Positions 1-6,522 of a stretch of 57,358 nucleotides of DNA are shown one piece after another (the stretch's first letter is position 1; each line of letters starts with the position of its first letter). The position numbers were made by a program, and so were the translations under genes. The stretch spans positions 1-57,358 of the forward strand of contig JAZKAU010000001.1 in the NCBI GenBank assembly GCA_040388985.1. Direction: 5' to 3'. The stretch is from Patescibacteria group bacterium. Its GTDB lineage: Bacteria; Patescibacteriota; Minisyncoccia; Phycocordibacterales; Phycocordibacteraceae. Below the pieces are notes generated by a model that saw only the letters and a list, made by a program, of their open reading frames with translations, was not told the DNA's origin and searched no databases.

Positions 1-36
1 TAAGTCTAATCTCTTGCGGCCAAAGATTCTGTGAAG

Positions 37-223
37 GCGGGCCCAGTAGGAATCGGTCACAGTTTACTAAACTCGAAGACTCGTTAAGTATCTGCGACCC
101 CGCCTCGCTGTCCTCGCAAGGCCTCGGACATGCTCCGGCTTTCGATTCCTACACGCGAGCAAAGCAGTTTGCTCGCTTGGGCCCGCAAATAGAAGAAGCG
201 CTTCTAAAGCGCTTCTTCTATTT
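37..223 (-). repeat. tRNA-Trp-linked palindromic module: displaced direct copy of the tRNA 3' end, ~90-nt conserved core, inverted copy of the tRNA 3' end, and a 26-bp hairpin
   Basis: The 19-nt GCGGGCCCAGTAGGAATCG at 37-55 equals 224-242, the T-loop-to-discriminator part of tRNA-Trp. An inverted copy lies at 143-152 plus 177-186, split by hairpin 155-176. A perfect 26-bp hairpin is formed by 178-203 and 207-232. Core boxes 62-90 and 113-127 are shared with the other tRNA-linked modules and with the repeats at 14143 and 23058. Confidence 0.75.
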
Positions 224-224
224 G

Positions 225-295
225 CGGGCCCAGTAGGAATCGAACCTACACTATCGGTTTTGGAGACCGATGTTCTACCACTAAACTATAGGCCC
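225..295 (-). tRNA. tRNA-Trp: tRNA-Trp (anticodon CCA)
   Basis: Hand-folded cloverleaf. Acceptor GGGCCTA/TGGGCCC, D stem GTTT/GAAC, anticodon stem TCGGT/ACCGA with loop CTCCAAA, T arm GTAGG-TTCGATT-CCTAC, discriminator G. CCA is not encoded. Confidence 0.9.
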
Positions 296-457
296 GAACG
301 AGACAATGCGACTGAATATATTCAGACGAATTCGTCGAGAGAGGGTTCTATATCCGTGCAAGCAACGGATATAGGCCCGTAACTAGGAGAGTAGCAGATT
401 CAGAGACCAAAATACAGGTTCGGCTGCTTGGGGAATCACACTCTTTGGCGCTTATAG

Positions 458-1555
458 ATGCCGTACAATAGGAGTACCTTCATGCGGCTCTATACCATTG
501 TCAGATTCCTTCCCGCAGGTCTTGCGCTTATGGCACTCATAGCAGTGCCGCATATCGGACATGCCGCAGGCCTTGGGGGAGTTTTCGACCCCATCATTCC
601 GAAGGACGGTTCATGTACCTGTCCGGGCTCTGCGCCTTCCTGGGGTTGCGTGCTCCAGGTCCTTCAGAACGTCATCAACGTAGCTATCGGGGTCGGTATT
701 ATCATATGCGTCCTGTGGCTCGCGTGGGCGGGCGCGCTCTTCATGATGAGCGGCGCAAATCCGGGACTGCGCGAGCAGGGCAAGACACGCATCGCTAACG
801 GTGTCATCGGCCTGCTCGTCATCCTCTCGGCATGGCTGGTCGTCGACTTCGTGATGAAGACGCTGTATGACCCGAATACGGCCTTCTCTGGGAAGAACTT
901 CGGACCTTGGAATAGCATTCTCGCGAGCAAGGGGAATGACTTCTGTATCGTGGCACATGACCCGGTTTCTCTCGCCTACGGAACGGTCGATATTCTAAAG
1001 GGCGTGACAGCCGGAACAGCTACGGGCCCTGGCGGCTTCCTCAATGGCTCGGGCAGTTGCGTGATTCCAACGTCTGGGCCATGCAGCGTGGCAAACCTGA
1101 CACCCTATTTCGGTAGTCAGCAGTTGGCTACGCAGGCGTCACAAGTCTGCTTTGGAGAGAGCGCCGGCATCATAAATCCGAAAACCACTACGGACTATAT
1201 GTATAACGATCCTCAGAAGCGCCCGTTCTCTGTCGGACTGTTCGCAATAAACTTGACTCAGAATGATCTCCCGGGCCTCCCTTGCAGCTCAAAGGCATTC
1301 AACGGAAAGAACTATACCGCAACCGTCAAGGATGAGACGCTCTATGCCAAATGCGTCGCAGCTGCTAAGACAGAATCCATCAATATCCAGAAGGCAGTCT
1401 CTCTCTATAACAGCCGCATAGGTAAGCCCGGAGGCCCTTGGAAGCCTTGGTCCGCTGCAAAGAATTGCGGCTTGGCATACACCTATAAGGATACCCTGGC
1501 GTTTACGACCGGATTAGGCGACTTCAATTTACGAATAACGCTACCAAGACTATGA
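458..1555 (+). CDS. Signal peptide plus two-TM TrbC/VirB2-type (T4SS-pilin-like) module, fused to a C-terminal SLT-type lytic transglycosylase-like domain
   Basis: N-terminal hydrophobic leader. A Cys-containing segment (CVLQVLQNVINV) is followed by TM1, the loop GANPGLREQGKTRI, and TM2. The C-terminal part carries ES (FGESAG), GLxxI (VGLFAINL) and YNxxxG (SLYNSRIG) in the order of the SLT motifs. Confidence 0.7.
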   Translation: MPYNRSTFMRLYTIVRFLPAGLALMALIAVPHIGHAAGLGGVFDPIIPKDGSCTCPGSAPSWGCVLQVLQNVINVAIGVGIIICVLWLAWAGALFMMSGANPGLREQGKTRIANGVIGLLVILSAWLVVDFVMKTLYDPNTAFSGKNFGPWNSILASKGNDFCIVAHDPVSLAYGTVDILKGVTAGTATGPGGFLNGSGSCVIPTSGPCSVANLTPYFGSQQLATQASQVCFGESAGIINPKTTTDYMYNDPQKRPFSVGLFAINLTQNDLPGLPCSSKAFNGKNYTATVKDETLYAKCVAAAKTESINIQKAVSLYNSRIGKPGGPWKPWSAAKNCGLAYTYKDTLAFTTGLGDFNLRITLPRL

Positions 1556-2103
1556 ATAAGAAGCTGATCATAGCACTGCTATGCGCGTTAGGGATACTTC
1601 TGGTACTAGGAGTACTGTTTGCGCTGCGTACGTCTAACCGCAACCCTGCTACCCCTTCGGTCGGGAACCCGTTTTCCGGGAGCTTGTCTTCATCTACTGC
1701 GCCCGGAACCCAGCAAGGGGTGATTTCCTTGCGCGCGCGCGACGGTTCGGCTATCTCGGCCACTGACGTCACTGCAGGCAAGACACCGCTTCCGGCTAGT
1801 AGCGACACCTACTATGATCTGGTCCACAATGGCATGGATACGTATGGAAACGAAGATGATCCTTTTGCCATACAGTACGCTGCGAAGAGTTCTTCCTTCA
1901 TCGTCTCGCTCCAGGAGGAACCCCTCGGGAAGTCCCGCCTTTCGGCAGAGACATTCTTACGCTCAACGCTCAATCTTACTGACGCGCAACTCTGCGAGCT
2001 CGATATAACGGTAGCCGTGACGCAAGCAGTGAACGAACAATACGCGTCTATGGGTAACTTGGGACTGAGCTTCTGCCCAGGTGCCGTTACGCTGCCGGAA
2101 TAA
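1552..2103 (+). CDS. Hypothetical membrane-anchored protein
   Basis: Its start overlaps the upstream stop (ATGA), suggesting translational coupling. It has a single N-terminal TM segment (LIIALLCALGILLVLGVLFAL). I recognised no domain. Confidence 0.6.
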   Translation: MNKKLIIALLCALGILLVLGVLFALRTSNRNPATPSVGNPFSGSLSSSTAPGTQQGVISLRARDGSAISATDVTAGKTPLPASSDTYYDLVHNGMDTYGNEDDPFAIQYAAKSSSFIVSLQEEPLGKSRLSAETFLRSTLNLTDAQLCELDITVAVTQAVNEQYASMGNLGLSFCPGAVTLPE

Positions 2104-2117
2104 GGTACACTTCTGAT

Positions 2118-3089
2118 ATGAAATACGTCGTAGCATGTGCAAGCTTCGCGCTCCTACTCCAGCTTGCTCCTGTGCCTGTCTATGCCGCTACGACCGGCTT
2201 ATTCGGTCCCACGAACCCCATCGTTCCGGCTGAGTGCTCCTGCGAGAAACAGAAAGCACCGGACGGCAAATCACTCATCACTACCGCGCCCGCCTACGGG
2301 TGCGTGCTTCAGACGCTGCAGAATGTCGTGAATGACGGCATATCGATCGCCATAGTCATATGCGTTCTCTGGCTCGCCCTTGCGGGTGCGCTTTTCCTGA
2401 TGAGCGCGGGAAATCCCGGTATGCGCGAGCAAGGCAAGACCCGCATCATGAATGCAGTCATTGGGTTAGTAGTCATACTTGCTGCCTGGCTCATCGTCGA
2501 TTTCGTCATGAAGACGCTGTATAACGAGAAGAGCGACTTCGGACCTTGGAATTCCATACTTGCCAGTAAGTCTGATACTGATAAATGCGTCGTCGCGACG
2601 AATCCTACCTCTATCGCTTCAGGTACGCTTAGCATACTGCAGAGCGTGACCCCGGGTACGTCGAGCGGTCCCGCCGCCGGAGGAGGGGTGGGTTCAAGCG
2701 GCTTGAATATTGCTGCCGCAACACACTATGCCACTATTCATTATCCAAATACTACGAGCGACAAGCATGCGTGTCTTGCCGGAGTTCAGCTCGCGCTTCA
2801 TGAGGGAGGAAAGACTTTAGCGTGTCCTCCTGACGGCTATGCCGATCAATGTGACGCGCCATTACTAAGACTCGGCTTCGCATCGCTGGGGTCATCCGAT
2901 CCTAGTCCGCTTGCGGGCGATATCGTAGTCATTCAACCGTTCCCGGGCGAGAAGGGAATCGGAGGGAAGGCAGGACACATTGCGATGTATAGCGGTACCG
3001 CTTGGATCTCTGACTTCACCCAGATAGATTTCTGGGGAGGACCAGGCTATCGTGCGAATCAGCCTGCGCACACTTTCTATCGCCCTTAG
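2118..3089 (+). CDS. Paralogous T4SS-pilin-like two-TM module fused to a C-terminal papain-like (CHAP/NlpC-P60-type) cell-wall hydrolase domain
   Basis: About 150 aa are highly similar to the 458-1555 product (CVLQTLQNVVN..GNPGMREQGKTRI..VDFVMKTLY..FGPWNSILASK), after which the two diverge. The C-terminus has candidate catalytic Cys (DKHACLAGV) and His (GHIAMYSG) residues. Confidence 0.7.
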   Translation: MKYVVACASFALLLQLAPVPVYAATTGLFGPTNPIVPAECSCEKQKAPDGKSLITTAPAYGCVLQTLQNVVNDGISIAIVICVLWLALAGALFLMSAGNPGMREQGKTRIMNAVIGLVVILAAWLIVDFVMKTLYNEKSDFGPWNSILASKSDTDKCVVATNPTSIASGTLSILQSVTPGTSSGPAAGGGVGSSGLNIAAATHYATIHYPNTTSDKHACLAGVQLALHEGGKTLACPPDGYADQCDAPLLRLGFASLGSSDPSPLAGDIVVIQPFPGEKGIGGKAGHIAMYSGTAWISDFTQIDFWGGPGYRANQPAHTFYRP

Positions 3090-3091
3090 CT

Positions 3092-3607
3092 TTATTCAAT
3101 AACTGAGTCCACTTTCCAAGCCCCCGGACCTCCTACAAGGCGTACTGTAAGCGATTTATTCGGATTATACGGAGGATCTTGCCTCAAATGAATGGTCACG
3201 ACTGCTTCGGACGAAGACTGACTTACGAGATCCGCTTTCATATTCATGAGCCATGAAGGCAATATGCTTTGGGCGAGCAATATAGGATCAGCATCATTGG
3301 CTTCGCCGATCGAATCAAATTGACTGTAAAAATCAGGTGTAAGCCACTGGCTAAGTTCGGTCTTGTAGCCGGGTGTGCCAGCAGATGTAGAATCAGCTGA
3401 AATCGAAGTAAGGTACCAGGTATAAAAGTCAGTGGTAAACGTGGTAGGCGATCTCTCCTTCCAGGTACTATTTGAAGAGATGTTGCCAAATGGGTCCGTA
3501 ACCTTCGTTGGGGTAGGGGAAGAAGGATAAAATACTTTATACAGAATAGCTCCGAGAAGGCCGAAACCTATCACCACCACCAATAGCCCAACAAGTATTC
3601 TTTTCAT
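3092..3607 (-). CDS. Hypothetical membrane-anchored protein
   Basis: 171-aa ORF with an N-terminal TM segment (ILVGLLVVVIGFGLLGAILY). No domain recognised. Confidence 0.55.
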   Translation of the reverse strand: MKRILVGLLVVVIGFGLLGAILYKVFYPSSPTPTKVTDPFGNISSNSTWKERSPTTFTTDFYTWYLTSISADSTSAGTPGYKTELSQWLTPDFYSQFDSIGEANDADPILLAQSILPSWLMNMKADLVSQSSSEAVVTIHLRQDPPYNPNKSLTVRLVGGPGAWKVDSVIE

Positions 3608-3632
3608 ACATTTATGCTAGCACATCACCTAA

Positions 3633-4445
3633 CTATTGCTGTAGCTTGCGCAGCCAAGCCTTCTGATGCCGTGCATAGTGCCAGAGCTTAGTAGACAAGG
3701 AAGGCAGGAGCGAGGCTTCGCTGCGTTCCCCTCGCAGATATTCGCCTACGATCCGGTATTCAAGACCAAGCTCATTCAGTCGGATATCCCCGACCCGCTC
3801 GCGCACCGCACGCACTTCATCTATAAGACCGCGCGCGAGTGCCTGTTCCAGTCGCGCGTCTATGCGCGCGCGCAATTCCTCTTTCGGGGGATCTATAGTG
3901 ATCCATTCGATATCGTACGCCGGCACGCTTCGTACGCGCTCGGGCACGCTCCCGTGCTCTGCAACTATCTCGAGCGCCCGTATCAGCCTGCGGGGATTAT
4001 GCGCATCTATGCGTGAAGCGCGTCTGGGATCGACCGCCTGCAGCCGTGTGAATAGCTCTTCAGCTGATAGTTTTTCAAGCTCATGGCGAAGGACCGGGTC
4101 GACAGAAGACGGCGGAAGGGCGTAGAGGAGCGCGTCGAAGTAGAAATGCGTACCTCCCGCGAGGATAGGCACTTTTCCGCGTGCCTGGATATCTTTGATC
4201 AACTCCTTTGCGTCATGCACGAAATCTCCTGCGCTGTAGGCGTCCTCAGGTTCGCGGACGTCAATGAGGTAATGCGGAATGCCACCCATCTCCTTCGTAA
4301 TCGTCTTCTCCGTGCCGATATCAAGCGTCCGGTATACCTGGCGCGAGTCGACAGAGATGACCTCGCCATCCAACTCCTTGGCCAGCGCGACTGCTTTGGC
4401 GGACTTCCCGGAGGCTGTCGGGCCGATGACTCCTATGATGCGCAT
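3633..4445 (-). CDS. miaA: tRNA dimethylallyltransferase (isopentenyl transferase)
   Basis: P-loop IGVIGPTASGKS, then SVDSRQVYRTLDIGTEK and IPHYLIDV. The start is set at the ATG giving MRIIGV; the ORF extends to 4472. Confidence 0.9.
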   Translation of the reverse strand: MRIIGVIGPTASGKSAKAVALAKELDGEVISVDSRQVYRTLDIGTEKTITKEMGGIPHYLIDVREPEDAYSAGDFVHDAKELIKDIQARGKVPILAGGTHFYFDALLYALPPSSVDPVLRHELEKLSAEELFTRLQAVDPRRASRIDAHNPRRLIRALEIVAEHGSVPERVRSVPAYDIEWITIDPPKEELRARIDARLEQALARGLIDEVRAVRERVGDIRLNELGLEYRIVGEYLRGERSEASLLPSLSTKLWHYARHQKAWLRKLQQ

Positions 4446-4497
4446 TGAGCTCATGTGCGCGGATAGTAGCATAGTATTTCTCTCCCACGAACGCTTT

Positions 4498-4526
4498 TAT
4501 ATATGGACTTACGAAGTCCATATATA
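4498..4526. promoter_or_regulatory. 29-bp perfect palindrome in the divergent miaA/ndk-like intergenic region; candidate operator
   Basis: TATATATGGACTT-ACG-AAGTCCATATATA. A near-identical palindrome occurs at 44897-44925. Confidence 0.4.
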
Positions 4527-4615
4527 TCTTCTCAGCTTTTGATTAGAAGAAATTTAGATTTATTTGATATCTGCTCTTGTAACATCTCAGAGTTCTTATT
4601 AAGGGGAGACAGGCC

Positions 4616-5056
4616 GTGCTTATATGCTGCATTATCAAGCCGCCGAGCCTGGCATGGGACAGGTCCATCCAGTCATTCTTGAGACAAGCAGGAGTTCCGA
4701 TAGTCACGACTCGACCGCTTGTCTACACTGAGACTATGATCAAGACGCTCTATGATCATATGGACGTTGAAGCGCAATGGAACATCGCACAGAGATACGA
4801 GCACAAGCGCGGATGCGCGCTTCTGGCTGATTTTCCGAGTATCGATACCTGTATGAGACTTATCGGACGAGAGAGCGATCCGCGAGCATGCGCGCCGCAC
4901 ACTATACGCGCACGGTTCGGAAGTAAGACCGAGCCGGAGCACGTCGGAGAATGGCTGTGGTGGGAGAATGCTCTGCATCGCCCGGTCGATGAGCGGGAAC
5001 GGCTGCGCGATCTTGCGCTTATCTTTCCTGAATGCGCACGGGGCGCGGACGAATAG
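4616..5056 (+). CDS. Divergent nucleoside-diphosphate-kinase-like protein
   Basis: GTG start, 146 aa. Matches the NDK layout: CIIKP (cf. IIKP), LIGRESDPRACAPHTIRARFG (cf. LLGATNP..GTIRGDF), and NALHRPVD in place of NxxHGSD. Confidence 0.55.
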   Translation: MLICCIIKPPSLAWDRSIQSFLRQAGVPIVTTRPLVYTETMIKTLYDHMDVEAQWNIAQRYEHKRGCALLADFPSIDTCMRLIGRESDPRACAPHTIRARFGSKTEPEHVGEWLWWENALHRPVDERERLRDLALIFPECARGADE

Positions 5057-5145
5057 TCCGCGCCCTTCTTGGTATCTAAGTATAAGACATGGTCACGAGT
5101 TGCGGATATATTGCTCCAAGTATTCGTTAACTTGCACTAGACTAG

Positions 5146-5307
5146 ATTGGACTTGGCACCCGTCACTAAGCTCGAGGACTCGCTAAGTCCGCCAGCCCGA
5201 GCTCGCGACGCTCGCAAAGCCTCGCATAACGCTCCGCTTTTCAAGTCCCACACAAAGAGCGCGCAGGCGCTCTTCTCTCCAGCCCCTCGCTCACTGCGTT
5301 CGTTCGG
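5146..5307 (-). repeat. tRNA-Leu-linked palindromic module
   Basis: TTCAAGTCCCAC (5240-5251) and CTCCAGC (5277-5283) are reverse complements of the tRNA-Leu T-arm and acceptor 3' strand (5316-5327, 5309-5315). They are split by hairpin 5255-5274. The outer stem pairs 5146-5155 with 5242-5251. Core boxes 5167-5189 and 5211-5225 match the Trp module. Confidence 0.65.
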
Positions 5308-5387
5308 TGCTGGAGGTGGGACTTGAACCCACAACCCGAGGGAGCGGGTTTTGAATCCGCCGCGTATACCGATTCCGCCACTCCAGC
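5308..5387 (-). tRNA. tRNA-Leu: tRNA-Leu (anticodon CAA), long variable arm
   Basis: Acceptor GCTGGAG/CTCCAGC, anticodon loop TTCAAAA, variable arm about TCCCTCGGGTTG, T arm GTGGG-TTCAAGT-CCCAC, discriminator A. There is one A-C mismatch at the base of the anticodon stem. Confidence 0.85.
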
Positions 5388-5493
5388 TTTACGTAGAAGC
5401 ACTCCCAGTAAATAAGCAGGCTCTACCTTCTGCACATCCTACTCTAGAGAATTACTACGCGCAAAAGGAAGACGGGTGCTAGAATGCATAGTA

Positions 5494-6522
5494 ATGAAGG
5501 AAGAGAATTATCTGCCGACGAAATACGACTCGGTATTCTGGGTCGAAGTCGATCGCATCCAGCCCAATCCCTATCAGCCGCGCATAGAATTCAACGAGGA
5601 GAATCTCAAGAGCATGGCTGAGTCCATACGCCAGTACGGCGTGCTCATGCCGCTTGTCGTGACGCGCAAGGACATCGAGAAGCCCGACGGAGGGCTCCAG
5701 ACAGCCTATGAGCTCATCGCCGGGGAACGTAGGCTCCGGGCGAGCAAGCTCATCGGTCTCAAGGAAGTTCCTGTAGTGATTCGCGCAGGCGAGCAGACTG
5801 ACCGCATGAAGCTCGAACTTGCCATCATCGAGAACCTGCAGCGCGAGGATCTGAATTCCATCGATAGGGCTAAAGCTTTGGCGCAGCTCGCGGAGACCTT
5901 CGGCATATCCCATGCAGAAATAGGCGCAAAGATAGGTCGCAGCCGAGAGTATGTATCGAACTCGATCAGGCTTCTCCAGCTTCCGGAAGCAGTACAGTCA
6001 GCGGTCGTGAATAAAGAGATCACCGAGGGCCACGCGCGGGCGCTCCTCATGCTCACTGACCGTCCGGAAGAGCGCGATACCTTATTCCGCGAGATAGTAC
6101 TCAAAAAGACATCGGTACGCGTCGTAGAGCAGATGGCTCGCCGGCTCGCCCAGGATAAGATCCGTAAGCACGATAAGACGCCCGAGGTCATGGAGCTTGA
6201 GCGCAGCCTTACAGAGACGCTCGGCACGCGCGTCTTGATAGAGAACCGCCCGAAGGGCGGCCGGGTGCTCATCGAGTTCTTCTCGCCTGAGGACCTTTCC
6301 CATATCGCTGCCATCCTCGCTGAACGCAGGGAAGTCGAGGCGAGCATGTCTCCTGAGGCGCATGCATCTGTGGCTGAGACAATTGGAGCTGAGCCCAGTG
6401 CGGCTGCGACGCCAGACGTGCCCGTTCATCCGAACACCTCGCTTATCGAAGCTGTGCCGCCTCCGCTACCTGTGGTTGAACCTGACGAGGATCTTTACTC
6501 CGTCCACAACTTCACCGTCTAG
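5494..6522 (+). CDS. parB: ParB/Spo0J chromosome partitioning protein
   Basis: PNPYQPRIEFNEENLKSMAESIRQYGVLMPLVV and LIAGERRLRASKL, followed by an HTH region. The ATG at 5494 is preferred over the GTG at 5476. Confidence 0.9.
   Translation: MKEENYLPTKYDSVFWVEVDRIQPNPYQPRIEFNEENLKSMAESIRQYGVLMPLVVTRKDIEKPDGGLQTAYELIAGERRLRASKLIGLKEVPVVIRAGEQTDRMKLELAIIENLQREDLNSIDRAKALAQLAETFGISHAEIGAKIGRSREYVSNSIRLLQLPEAVQSAVVNKEITEGHARALLMLTDRPEERDTLFREIVLKKTSVRVVEQMARRLAQDKIRKHDKTPEVMELERSLTETLGTRVLIENRPKGGRVLIEFFSPEDLSHIAAILAERREVEASMSPEAHASVAETIGAEPSAAATPDVPVHPNTSLIEAVPPPLPVVEPDEDLYSVHNFTV

Noticed and set aside
5706-6347. Long antisense ORFs inside parB (5706-6347), the ATPase gene (34134-34847, 34547-35125), relA/spoT (7833-8378) and serS (11864-12211)
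   Set aside because: Each lies entirely within, and antisense to, a gene with strong family motifs. Their translations are Ser/Arg-rich with no recognisable motifs.
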